Below, piece by piece: positions 8,943-18,502 of a stretch of DNA of 64,000 bases. This DNA is from Escherichia phage vB_ESM-pEJ01. The position numbers were made by a program, and so were the translations under genes. Location of the stretch: sequence record OP114734.1; one strand, 5' to 3'. The notes below the pieces were generated by a model. The model made no database searches and was not told the origin of the DNA. It worked only from the letters and a program-made list of their open reading frames with translations. Position 1 is the stretch's first letter. Each line of letters starts with the position of its first letter.

Positions 8943-9179
8943 ATGATTAGCTTTAAACGTTTTTTGGTTGAGGCCGCTATTGACGGTTTCATGCGTAAGA
9001 TTTATTCTTGTAATACTATCGAGGGATTAAATGAACTTGAGGCATATTATGAGAAGCGCAAGAAAGAAACAGAATTGAAACCTGCTGATGATATTTCGAT
9101 CCGTGATGCCATCGCTGGACGCCGTAAGCAACTGGAAGCGGACAACGAGCCGGAAGAGGAGCCGGAAGAGGATTTTTAA
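8943..9179 (+). CDS. uvsW.1: UvsW.1 small helicase-associated protein
   Basis: 78 aa; LKPADDISIRDAIAGRRK and acidic C-terminus as in T4 UvsW.1. Confidence 0.8.
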   Translation: MISFKRFLVEAAIDGFMRKIYSCNTIEGLNELEAYYEKRKKETELKPADDISIRDAIAGRRKQLEADNEPEEEPEEDF

Positions 9180-9190
9180 GATATAAAAAA

Positions 9191-9209
9191 GCCCCATCAA
9201 TGATGGGGC
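9191..9209 (-). terminator. Intrinsic terminator (- strand oriented)
   Basis: Stem GCCCCATC/GATGGGGC; T-run on the - strand side. Confidence 0.5.
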
Positions 9210-9242
9210 AAAATAAACCAATTAAAATCGGTTATCAACAAA

Positions 9243-9419
9243 TTACATTAACAGCATTGTTTGCTCTACGAGTTGTTCTTGTTCTTCGCCGTTCGCATCT
9301 TCACTAATCGAACGTTCTGTTACTAGCTGTAAGCAGTAGCCAGTGTGAACAACGCCGTTTTCTGTCTGGACGGATAACGCATCCTCGACAGGTTGTTTAC
9401 AACAAATACAGATTTTCAT
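9243..9419 (-). CDS. Small Cys-rich protein (58 aa) in the uvsY.-1/-2 position
   Basis: ATG after GGAGG; MKICICCKQPVEDALSVQTENGVVHTGYC...; below the ORF-track cutoff. Confidence 0.45.
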   Translation of the reverse strand: MKICICCKQPVEDALSVQTENGVVHTGYCLQLVTERSISEDANGEEQEQLVEQTMLLM

Positions 9420-9440
9420 AAAAATTCCTCCTGCATGTAT

Positions 9441-9848
9441 TTAGCGACCAGATTCCAGCATACGCAATTCTATAGCATTCTTGATCGCAAAGCCACGAGA
9501 TTTAACGATATCAAGTGCGCGACCAGCAAAATCCATTACCATCTGGTAATATGCAATTTTCGTATCAAGCGGTAAGATCTCGTCGTCTGCTGCCATGACA
9601 ACTTTCAATTCTGATTTCTCATATTCAGCACGACACCAGTCATCACTACGGTTAGTGTAAAAATCAAGACGATTTTTCATAGCCTTTTTCTTTTTAGCCT
9701 CAAGAGCAATCGTCTCTCTTTTCGCCTCGCTGTAAATCCTTAACCACTTTGAGTATACTACCGGATTATTCAGCGCCTCCCATTGCAACTTAGTCGCATC
9801 GATCTTCATGTCAGCTTCTAATTGTTCTTTCAAATCGTTTAGGTCCAT
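9441..9848 (-). CDS. uvsY: UvsY recombination mediator
   Basis: 135 aa; KLQWEALNN...SRGFAIK aligns with T4 UvsY. Confidence 0.9.
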   Translation of the reverse strand: MDLNDLKEQLEADMKIDATKLQWEALNNPVVYSKWLRIYSEAKRETIALEAKKKKAMKNRLDFYTNRSDDWCRAEYEKSELKVVMAADDEILPLDTKIAYYQMVMDFAGRALDIVKSRGFAIKNAIELRMLESGR

Positions 9849-9895
9849 AATATCCCCTTATTCACACTAAGACCTATATCATATCACACACAAAA

Positions 9896-10282
9896 TCACT
9901 TTGCAAGTCTTATGCGTAGTTGTTCAAGATCATCTGGGTTATCTATTACTGAAAAGTAGATTGATACTATGATCGAGTTGTCATCATACTGCGGAGTTAC
10001 TTCTACTGTCAGGTTTCGGACCCGTGGTTCATAGTTTCGGATCGCCTCATTGATGTTTTTTGATAAGGTATCCACTGTCAGTGGGTTCATGTTCTCAAAC
10101 AGTGATTTATTGAGATCGCATCCAAACAGTGGATCAAATGGACGAGATCCTTTGCGAGTAGTTACGATCAGTAGAATAGAATCCTTAACCGCTTTAATCC
10201 CTATGTTCTTTTTAACGTCGTTATTCCACGATCTGGATATATTGAGATCCAAATCAGTATACATCTGATTAATAGTTGCCAT
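9896..10282 (-). CDS. 25: Baseplate wedge protein gp25
   Basis: TTRKGSRPFDPLFGCDL and FSVIDNPDD match T4 gp25; ATG chosen at MATINQ after GAGG. Confidence 0.9.
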   Translation of the reverse strand: MATINQMYTDLDLNISRSWNNDVKKNIGIKAVKDSILLIVTTRKGSRPFDPLFGCDLNKSLFENMNPLTVDTLSKNINEAIRNYEPRVRNLTVEVTPQYDDNSIIVSIYFSVIDNPDDLEQLRIRLAK

Positions 10283-10290
10283 GTTATACC

Positions 10291-10920
10291 TCAAAGAATT
10301 TTAAGGAAACTGGATAGACCTGATAATGAATATACACCAGATTCCCCGCATTCGCACTTGATCGGTACTGCCAGCGTGATTTGATTTCTTGTTAGCTCGT
10401 CGATCACTTCTTCCACTTTATCCGTGGTAAGCATATCCAGCACGCGGTCAAAGTCCTGTGCGTTCAGGTCGTCTATATTGAATTGCTGATCGCCGATCAC
10501 GATATATTCGATACATGCAATTACCATCTGCATAATATCAACATCTTCTGTAAACTTAGGTTGACGAAACTTGATTTTTACTTGTCCTAAGTCTAGAATA
10601 TATGGTTCAACTTCTGGTATCTGTGTGCGTGAAACATCAAGAGAGTATACTTTCTCTTTATTGCATACACCACACACCCAAGTAGCATCAATTTTCATCT
10701 TATTGAGGCTGTGACACCATAAGAGAAGAAAAATATATTCTGCTTCGCATTTCTCTAGCTCTAATGCATTGATCCCCGTACATTCATGTATGATCTCTAT
10801 AACAACCTCTGACAGCTTGCCAGTCTCTTTTGCTGCTACCAGTTTTTGAAATTCGCCGAAGGTGAAAGCACGGGCGTGTATCAACTTTTCGCCTAATTGG
10901 ATCTTGAAAAAGTATTGCAT
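10291..10920 (-). CDS. 26: Baseplate hub subunit gp26
   Basis: Size (209 aa) and position between 25 and 51 as in T4. Confidence 0.75.
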   Translation of the reverse strand: MQYFFKIQLGEKLIHARAFTFGEFQKLVAAKETGKLSEVVIEIIHECTGINALELEKCEAEYIFLLLWCHSLNKMKIDATWVCGVCNKEKVYSLDVSRTQIPEVEPYILDLGQVKIKFRQPKFTEDVDIMQMVIACIEYIVIGDQQFNIDDLNAQDFDRVLDMLTTDKVEEVIDELTRNQITLAVPIKCECGESGVYSLSGLSSFLKIL

Positions 10921-10962
10921 AATAAAACACCCTTTATAAACACATAGAATTATTTAGTATTT

Positions 10963-10970
10963 TATAAATA
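10963..10970 (+). promoter_or_regulatory. T4-type late promoter box TATAAATA upstream of gene 51
   Basis: Exact TATAAATA about 20 nt upstream of the gene 51 ATG. Confidence 0.55.
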
Positions 10971-10990
10971 CCCGAAAGGGGGATTATACC

Positions 10991-11761
10991 ATGAATATTA
11001 TCCGAATAAAACTACCGGAAGGTGTGCAGAGATTTAAACCATTCACGGTAAAAGATTATAGAGATTTCCTTCTGGTGTCAACTGAAATTAAGATGAATCC
11101 AGAAGAAGAACAAACGATTCTTGATGAGCTATTAGAAGAAATATATCCAGACGTAGATCCGGCATTTCGTGAATATATTTTCCTGAATGTCTTTACTAGT
11201 TCAATTGGTAAAACTAAGATACCGCTTTGTTTTACTTGCCCGACTTGCAACAAAGAAAGAAGAATGTTGCTTAACTTACAGGTTGAAGCACTAAAACCAA
11301 TCGTTCTAGAGGCCGCAGGGCTTAAAATAACTTTCCGGTATGTTAAACCATCAACCGACTATGCAAAAACGTTTCTGGATGCGATAGAGCGTGTATCTGA
11401 TGGTATTAATGACTATCTATGGACTGAATTGCCGGAAGAAGTTAGAGAACAGGTTATCGATTCAATCTCATTTTCTGAATTTGAAGAAGTTGTTAAGCAG
11501 ATGCACACAATCAAGATCGAACAAAAGATATCTTGTTGTGAGAGTCATGACCTGAAATACATAGGTCTTCTTCCATTATTCAAATTGTTGTTGAATCCAG
11601 ATGAGTTATTCATCTTTTATCGAATAAACCATCTATTGGCAAAATCAAATTATTCTATCAGTGATCTTATGGACATGTTACCCGTCGAGAGAAACATTGC
11701 ACTGACACTGGTCGAGAAAGACGTAAAAGAGGCAAACAATGCAAAGAACGGGGTTTCCTAA
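10991..11761 (+). CDS. 51: Baseplate hub assembly catalyst gp51
   Basis: Size and synteny (26-51-27); Cys pairs CPTC and CCESHD. Confidence 0.75.
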   Translation: MNIIRIKLPEGVQRFKPFTVKDYRDFLLVSTEIKMNPEEEQTILDELLEEIYPDVDPAFREYIFLNVFTSSIGKTKIPLCFTCPTCNKERRMLLNLQVEALKPIVLEAAGLKITFRYVKPSTDYAKTFLDAIERVSDGINDYLWTELPEEVREQVIDSISFSEFEEVVKQMHTIKIEQKISCCESHDLKYIGLLPLFKLLLNPDELFIFYRINHLLAKSNYSISDLMDMLPVERNIALTLVEKDVKEANNAKNGVS

Positions 11762-12848
11762 TGTCTCAATAAAACTTTATCAGGATTATGAGGCATTTCT
11801 AAATCATCGCTTTATAGAATTGGGTGCTACCTTTGTTACAATGACTCTGCGTGATTCGATTCGTGGGGTGAACGAAGGATTGTTGCAATTCTATGATAAT
11901 AAGGCGATGCATACAAAATTAAATGGACGAGAGATCATTCAGATTTCGCTATCCACTGCTAATACAGATGAAGTGTTTAACCGAATCTATGGGATCTCTC
12001 ATAGTAATGTAACGATTGACCAAAAATCTGACAACATTTTAACATTCCAGTTAAAGAGCTATCACGAAACACTAAACCTTAAATTTTCTCGCTCATTAAC
12101 AAATAACGCTGTTAATAACGTAACTAGCATGATCGATGCCATCTATAAGGAAGTTCCTTTATGGAAACCTACTATAAAGGGTGATAACGTTGTTATTCCT
12201 CGTTGTCCGTGGGTTAGTACCATAAATGACTATATGGATTTTGTTAGGGTATACGGGCAAAGCGTAGAAACCGAGTCTTTCGTGTATTGCTGGGAAGATT
12301 TTGATGGTATAACGATCGCTGGACACGATACAATATTAAAAAATGAGCCAATACCAGCTATAATCTGTGAGCCTAGACTCATGGGGCAATTTATTGATAT
12401 GTCGCCTAATCTGATGGTTTTTAATTTCGAGTGGCAGACTAAGAGCAATGCTAAAGTTAAAAATTCATTTAGCAATGTGACATACACAACTATTGATTTT
12501 GTTACTAAGCAGTATAATAAAATTGTTGTTGGTAATGGGGATAATATTGCACACTTTGCTCATGGTGGCGCTTATGGTAATTTAACTTATAAGAATGCGT
12601 TTTTGGAAGGTTCTAAACTTGCCACAATAGAACAATATGATTCATATGCTACCGCCGTGTGTCACGGTAATTTTTCGTTGCGCCCTGGTATGGTTATTCG
12701 ATTCTTTGATGAGAAGCAACAAGCACGCAATGATTTTATTGTTGACGAAGTGGTGCATGAAATTAGCCGAGAGCAATCATTAACTCACCTGTATATGATC
12801 GGTAACAGCGAAGAATTACAGGAAGTCAAATTTGAAGGTAAGATATAA
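11739..12848 (+). CDS. 27: Baseplate hub subunit gp27
   Basis: Aligns with T4 gp27 (YQDYEAF, MTLRDS, EGLLQFYDNK, IIQIS, SLTHLYM). Confidence 0.9.
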   Translation: MQRTGFPNVSIKLYQDYEAFLNHRFIELGATFVTMTLRDSIRGVNEGLLQFYDNKAMHTKLNGREIIQISLSTANTDEVFNRIYGISHSNVTIDQKSDNILTFQLKSYHETLNLKFSRSLTNNAVNNVTSMIDAIYKEVPLWKPTIKGDNVVIPRCPWVSTINDYMDFVRVYGQSVETESFVYCWEDFDGITIAGHDTILKNEPIPAIICEPRLMGQFIDMSPNLMVFNFEWQTKSNAKVKNSFSNVTYTTIDFVTKQYNKIVVGNGDNIAHFAHGGAYGNLTYKNAFLEGSKLATIEQYDSYATAVCHGNFSLRPGMVIRFFDEKQQARNDFIVDEVVHEISREQSLTHLYMIGNSEELQEVKFEGKI

Positions 12849-13366
12849 TGACAGAAACTAAACCTATGTTAAAATTTGTTGTTCCTGTAAAAAAATTAGA
12901 GATAAACGGGAAACATATCAAGATCCCAAAAATGGGGATTAAGCAACATCGATTATTAAAAGATGTTCGTAGCTGTGATGAAACATTAAAGATTCTTCTT
13001 GATTCAATCTGTCCTGGGTTAAACGCTGCCGAGTCTGAATTGGTTATGCTTAACCTTTGTGCGTTTAATGGTAAGTGTCTGGAAGAAAAAGATGGTCTTA
13101 AGCTGTCTGATGTGTATATTTGTACAGAGACTGAATTTACTTTAAATGGTAAAGTCTTTAAATTTAAAAATCCAATGTATACTTCTGACCCCATTATCGA
13201 TGACGCTGATTTCTTGAGTCATCATTATCACGATCCTAGCGTAGACTTCCATGATTTCCCAGCTTTTATTATGGATTGGGCTACAGGATTAAGAAAAACT
13301 ATTGCACTGGATACACCGGAAGGTACTATCTATGGTGGAATTAACATATTGGATCGCCTATCATGA
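12848..13366 (+). CDS. 28: Baseplate hub distal subunit gp28
   Basis: Size and synteny; start overlaps gp27 stop. Confidence 0.75.
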   Translation: MTETKPMLKFVVPVKKLEINGKHIKIPKMGIKQHRLLKDVRSCDETLKILLDSICPGLNAAESELVMLNLCAFNGKCLEEKDGLKLSDVYICTETEFTLNGKVFKFKNPMYTSDPIIDDADFLSHHYHDPSVDFHDFPAFIMDWATGLRKTIALDTPEGTIYGGINILDRLS

Positions 13367-15096
13367 ATGACGCATTAACATCATTTCGCGGGATGCGCAA
13401 GGAAGCGGAAGAAAACCCGATTGATAAACTTAACAAATTAGATAAACTTGATTCTATTGATAATTTGCAAGCCGCTACCGAATTGGTGGCGGAGACAGTA
13501 GAACAAAAATCTAATGAAGTTGTTGGTGCGGTAGAGGATAACACCGCAGCCAATGAATTGACGGCAGAGAATACCCAATCTACCGCTGGTAATACCCAAA
13601 AAACTTATGAAGAATTGCAAAAACTCAATAATTTCTCTTCTCAGATGAATGAGAAATTACGTGGTTTTGGTGTTATGATGGAACGTAGATTTGGTGTTGT
13701 CAGTAAAATGGCTAGCGGTATTGGTGCGATTGAAGAAGCACTGAAAAAACCGGAACAGCCGCAAACAATGCCATCACCTCAGCCAGTTTTGCCTACTGTA
13801 CCGGAACAGCCTAATAATGACAACTATCAAGGTCTTCCAAAGAAAAAACCAGATGTTGAGGAACGGAAGAAAAAGAACGCCACAGATAAGCGTAATGCCG
13901 ATTCTATGGAAAATCTTCTTAAAGTTGTTCGTGGAGGATTTAAAGAAACCATAGGTATCTCTAATAAGGTCTTAGGGATGTTATTTAAGATCACCTTGAC
14001 CGCTATGGCAGAAGCCGCAAAATGGGGCGCTATTTTGATGGGTATTGTTTTTGCCATCGACACCCTTATGATTCATTTCAGATATTGGAGTGATTTATTC
14101 GAAACAAAATTTGATGAATTTATGGATAAGGCCGGAGAATGGGCTGGACCAATTAGCGATATCTTAACCACGATTCGTCAAGTTCGAGATTATTGGTCTA
14201 AAGGCGAATATGGAGAATTAATTAAATCTCTTGTTATGGGTATTGGTGATGCATTCTATAAAACCTTTATCCAACTTGATCGAATTATCACTACTGGTAT
14301 TGCTAAAATTCTTCGCATGATCCCCGGTATGGGTGATTATGCCGATAAGTTAGAATACGGTGCTTTAAAGTCTGCTGTTGCTAAAGGCTATAAGCCAAAT
14401 GAAAGAGAACTTGAATTAATGGATAAGGTCGAGTCTGAACACGAAGAAGACAAATATGGAGAGCGCACAGGATGGACAGGAAAAGCCCGTGATATTGGCG
14501 AAGCTATTGGGGATTCTATTAAGGATAAAGTTAACGAAGGTCTTGTTAGTCTGGGCTGGAGAGATCAAAAGGATGTTGACGCAGAGAAACGACAAGAAGA
14601 ATTAAAACGCGGGGAATACAAGTCTGTTTCTGCTGAACAACGATCTGCTAGTCGTAAACTTAAAATTAAAAGTGAGGGAGCGATCAATAATATTAATGAA
14701 GTTATGGAGAATTTGAGCGGTGACTATGACAAAGAAAGAATGGGAGAGTTGAAAAAGGATATTGATGTTTACCGTGAGCAAGTTCAAGATCCTACATTAG
14801 TTGAAAGTGATCGTTCTCAGTTAGAGCGTCTTATTGAAAAATTTGATGAGATGTATGCTGATAAAACTAAGGGTGTGGTTCCAACTAATCCTGTTCCTGC
14901 AACTGAAACGGAAACAGCAAAACAAGCGGAACGTACTGAACAAATGCAGAAACAAGCTGCAATCCAGCAACAAACGACAAATCAGACCTCAAACGTAAAT
15001 AATACACAAATTGTAACAAACAATAGAACTATTAAACAGGGTGCACCAACAACTAGAATTGATGCTCCCGGTACAATTAATATGGGGAACTTTTAA
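13363..15096 (+). CDS. 29: Baseplate hub / tail length determinator gp29
   Basis: 577 aa, synteny, coiled-coil and Gln-rich C-terminus. Confidence 0.8.
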   Translation: MNDALTSFRGMRKEAEENPIDKLNKLDKLDSIDNLQAATELVAETVEQKSNEVVGAVEDNTAANELTAENTQSTAGNTQKTYEELQKLNNFSSQMNEKLRGFGVMMERRFGVVSKMASGIGAIEEALKKPEQPQTMPSPQPVLPTVPEQPNNDNYQGLPKKKPDVEERKKKNATDKRNADSMENLLKVVRGGFKETIGISNKVLGMLFKITLTAMAEAAKWGAILMGIVFAIDTLMIHFRYWSDLFETKFDEFMDKAGEWAGPISDILTTIRQVRDYWSKGEYGELIKSLVMGIGDAFYKTFIQLDRIITTGIAKILRMIPGMGDYADKLEYGALKSAVAKGYKPNERELELMDKVESEHEEDKYGERTGWTGKARDIGEAIGDSIKDKVNEGLVSLGWRDQKDVDAEKRQEELKRGEYKSVSAEQRSASRKLKIKSEGAINNINEVMENLSGDYDKERMGELKKDIDVYREQVQDPTLVESDRSQLERLIEKFDEMYADKTKGVVPTNPVPATETETAKQAERTEQMQKQAAIQQQTTNQTSNVNNTQIVTNNRTIKQGAPTTRIDAPGTINMGNF

Positions 15097-16154
15097 TGAA
15101 AATTAGTGTTATCAATGATGCCGTTGATAGCTTTAAAGCGGGGGTTAAAACCTCCGCTGGTTTTACCTCAAAAAATAAAGGGAAAACATTAACCGCTCAA
15201 TTCCCCGCTGAACGTGCTAGCGGTAATGATGCTAGCGGTTATTATATCAACGACTTATATAATAATGGTCTGTTATTCACTGCATACGATTATACATCTC
15301 GTACTACTGGTTCGTTGCGTGATTTCAGGAAAAAGAAAAATGTTGCTAGCGGTTTTGGTGGTAGCGTTAATATCGCTGGTTTTGATTTAAATTTGGGTGG
15401 GAGAAATGCTGCATTTGACCGAGAGGCAATTGCTAATATTCTTCTTCCTCGTAGTCAATCTGACGTTGACGCTGCTAGCCATAAGTTTAATGATGTTGGT
15501 GAATCTGTTATTTCTCGCGGTGGTGGTACTTTAGGCGGTGCTCTTTCTAATATGGCATCTACTGCCGTTTTTGGTGGTATCGAAAGTATTACTGGTGGAT
15601 ACCTTGCCGATCACGGTGAACAGATTTATAATACTGCGCGAAGCATGTATGCTGGTGCTGACGCACGAACTAAAAACTACGTATGGCATCTAACCCCACG
15701 TAGTATTGAAGACCTTCGCAATATTCTGATCATATACGAAACGTTTTTAGAGTTGTCTTATGGGTCTAGTGGTATTTCCAGCACCGCAAAAGAATTAAAA
15801 GCGGAAGTTGATGCGTGGTATAAAAATACACTATTGAGAAAATCCACCCCAGAGGAAGCGAAGAGAAATGATACTCTGTTTGAAGGGATCACCGATTTTC
15901 TATCAAACGCAATTACTGTATCTAACCCGACAATATGGATGATCTCTAACTTCGGCAAGCGTACATCGTTTGAAGGGCGTAGCGATGCATTTGGTCCCGC
16001 TCAGATCTCAAGTGTACGTCTGGACAAGTCGCCTGATGGTAAGTTTAATGGCCTTGCTATTTCTCCTAACTTGCCCAGTACATTTGTTCTGGAAGTATCA
16101 TTTAGAGAGATCTTGACACTTTCCCGTGGTACTATATTTGGGAGTGTGGTATAA
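15096..16154 (+). CDS. 48: Baseplate tail tube cap gp48
   Basis: Size and synteny (29-48-54), coupled starts. Confidence 0.8.
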   Translation: MKISVINDAVDSFKAGVKTSAGFTSKNKGKTLTAQFPAERASGNDASGYYINDLYNNGLLFTAYDYTSRTTGSLRDFRKKKNVASGFGGSVNIAGFDLNLGGRNAAFDREAIANILLPRSQSDVDAASHKFNDVGESVISRGGGTLGGALSNMASTAVFGGIESITGGYLADHGEQIYNTARSMYAGADARTKNYVWHLTPRSIEDLRNILIIYETFLELSYGSSGISSTAKELKAEVDAWYKNTLLRKSTPEEAKRNDTLFEGITDFLSNAITVSNPTIWMISNFGKRTSFEGRSDAFGPAQISSVRLDKSPDGKFNGLAISPNLPSTFVLEVSFREILTLSRGTIFGSVV

Positions 16155-17086
16155 TGTTTGATTTAAATGATTTTAACGAACAAGCCGCTAACCTTGACTT
16201 TCAGCGATCTAACTTATTCAGCGTGGCATTTGCCACCACTCCAAGTAATAAGACACAAGCGATCCTAGAAAGTATGGGCGGTGCGGTATATGATATTATA
16301 CCAAATGCATTAAATGACTATTTCGGGATTACTCGTGGTGATTATACTGACGCATTAACAAATCTTGCTGTACAGGGTGTTAGGCGTGCTGTTGATTCAT
16401 CCGGTGTCAAAAAGTATCTTTTAGGTGCAATGTCATCCCGCGTAGTTCAATCTCTTCTGGGGCAATTTGATGTTGGTACATATGCGCTTGACTGGTTCAA
16501 TATGGCATATAAGACAAGCGGTCTTCTGGTGTATGCTGTTAAGGTTCCAGAAAACAGATTGAATTATGAAATGGACCGTAACCACAATGCGCCAAACATT
16601 CGAATTACCGGACGTGATTTTGATCCGCTTGTATTGAGCTTTAGAATGGACTCCAGCGCATCAAACTATAGAGCAATGCAGGATTGGGTTAACTCAGTAG
16701 AAGACCCCGTTACAGGGCTTCGTGCGCTTCCTGTTGACGTTGAAGCAGATATTCAGGTTAACTTACATAACCGAATGGGAGTTCCTCACACGATCATGAT
16801 GTTTAATGGTTGTGTTCCTGTTGGTGTGAGTGCACCGGAATTAACCTATGAAAATAACAACGAAATTACAACATTCGATGTTACTTTTGCGTATAGGACT
16901 ATGCAAACTGGTGCTGTAGGAGAGCAAGCCGCTCGAGAATGGATTGAGGATAAGGCAATAAACGCAATAACAAACACTTTCGGCAATAATTTACTTGATA
17001 GTGGGTTATCTGCTGCTGGTAATGCTTTATCGCGTCTAAATGGCGTTGGTGGACGTGTGGTGAATACTGTCACTAACTGGTTCTGA
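16154..17086 (+). CDS. 54: Baseplate tail tube initiator gp54
   Basis: Size and synteny. Confidence 0.8.
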   Translation: MFDLNDFNEQAANLDFQRSNLFSVAFATTPSNKTQAILESMGGAVYDIIPNALNDYFGITRGDYTDALTNLAVQGVRRAVDSSGVKKYLLGAMSSRVVQSLLGQFDVGTYALDWFNMAYKTSGLLVYAVKVPENRLNYEMDRNHNAPNIRITGRDFDPLVLSFRMDSSASNYRAMQDWVNSVEDPVTGLRALPVDVEADIQVNLHNRMGVPHTIMMFNGCVPVGVSAPELTYENNNEITTFDVTFAYRTMQTGAVGEQAAREWIEDKAINAITNTFGNNLLDSGLSAAGNALSRLNGVGGRVVNTVTNWF

Positions 17087-17094
17087 TAAACGAA

Positions 17095-17120
17095 AGGCGG
17101 GGATAATCCCCGCCTTTTTA
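17095..17120. terminator. Bidirectional intrinsic terminator between gene 54 and the convergent lipoprotein gene
   Basis: Stem AGGCGGGGA-TAA-TCCCCGCCT followed by TTTTTATTTT. Confidence 0.65.
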
Positions 17121-17603
17121 TTTTGCTAAATCATTGCAATATTTTAGTGCCTTAGTTTGAAATTCTGAGCTGTTAAGTTCTTCATAACGGTCATAATCAC
17201 CGTTTAATGCTGCCTTTCTTGCTTCTTGCTCTATCTGCATGTCAGACATGATAATACAGCGATCCCGCGCTTTCATCTTCTCAAGTTGTATAGACTCTTC
17301 TTTCTGCTTGCGCAATTCTTCTTGACGCTTCTTTTCTTCTTGTGCTTTCTCTTCCCGCGCTTCTTTGATTGCCTCCTTGAACATCTGCGTTTGTGGTGCT
17401 AAACCAACTTTAACTCGATCTACGTCTCGACGTTCCATTTTAGAAATAAAGCATGATTCGATCTGATCATCACTTGCATATGCTGCTTTACATTCACGAA
17501 GCAAGAAAACCGGATCTGATTTAGCATTCATCATAGCTTCCATGTTGGCACAACCAGTAAGCATGAATGCAGCCGCAAGACCAATCAGTTTAATCATTTT
17601 CAT
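17118..17603 (-). CDS. Predicted lipoprotein (161 aa)
   Basis: Signal peptide with lipobox LTGC; charged coiled-coil-like middle. Confidence 0.6.
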   Translation of the reverse strand: MKMIKLIGLAAAFMLTGCANMEAMMNAKSDPVFLLRECKAAYASDDQIESCFISKMERRDVDRVKVGLAPQTQMFKEAIKEAREEKAQEEKKRQEELRKQKEESIQLEKMKARDRCIIMSDMQIEQEARKAALNGDYDRYEELNSSEFQTKALKYCNDLAK

Positions 17604-18424
17604 TTAGTCACCTCACCGAAAATTGTAAATTGTCTACGATTCTCATCGCCGAAAGATTCTACTACGTCGTTTACCTTGACGCAAGTCCCTCGCGGTAAAA
17701 TTACTTCACATTCGCAAGGGTTCCATGCAATTGACCCAACAACAAAACCTTTATGATCTTTTACGTCAATTACCCATGATACATTACAAGAATGTTGCAT
17801 CTTTCCGGTCATTGATTCATATCGATTCTCACAATAAAGGCTAGTGCTGTTTGATAGCCATCCTCCAAAGATGATCGGTGTCATGCTGGTAGATACAAAG
17901 TTTTTAAAGGTAAACTCCTTATCTTCAATGATACGCTCTATTGTCTGAATGTCAAGATGTTGACCTCGATAAAGAGTACCGTTTAACTTTTCGGTTTTAT
18001 CCATGACACAATCCATCAAATCAACAATCTCTGATATCTCATCGGTCATGTCTTCTTCCCCTAAGAGAGCACCATTTACCCATTCGTATTGTTCAGACAC
18101 ATAATCACAGATTGCATTATATTCTGCTGGGGTTATGTTGTTATGTTTGTAATGTTTGAATACATTATCTCCAAAGTCTTCGGAGTGTACTTCATACATC
18201 ACATTAATGATTTTCTTGACAAATCCATAATCTTGTGTCTCGCGCTCAAGGAAGCGGATAACCTTCACATAATCATCAAAGTTAATCTGATCGCTGATCA
18301 TCTCAGTGATCATGTAACCATTAATCCCCTCAATGTCATATGTTTCGATGTAATTATCCATACGTTCCATCATTGATTCGCGTGATTCTTCTGAAAGACG
18401 AAAATCCTGTAATTTCTTGAACAT
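17600..18424 (-). CDS. ADP-ribosyltransferase, Alt/Mod-like (274 aa)
   Basis: R-S-ExE triad: LYRGQ, STS, ECEVILPRG; paralogous to the Alt catalytic domain. Confidence 0.7.
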   Translation of the reverse strand: MFKKLQDFRLSEESRESMMERMDNYIETYDIEGINGYMITEMISDQINFDDYVKVIRFLERETQDYGFVKKIINVMYEVHSEDFGDNVFKHYKHNNITPAEYNAICDYVSEQYEWVNGALLGEEDMTDEISEIVDLMDCVMDKTEKLNGTLYRGQHLDIQTIERIIEDKEFTFKNFVSTSMTPIIFGGWLSNSTSLYCENRYESMTGKMQHSCNVSWVIDVKDHKGFVVGSIAWNPCECEVILPRGTCVKVNDVVESFGDENRRQFTIFGEVTK

Positions 18425-18502
18425 TTTAAACCTCCCATATAACAGAAAACGGGGCTAGTATAAAACTAGTCCCCGTTTGAGTCAACCATTATTTCTTAAA
18501 AA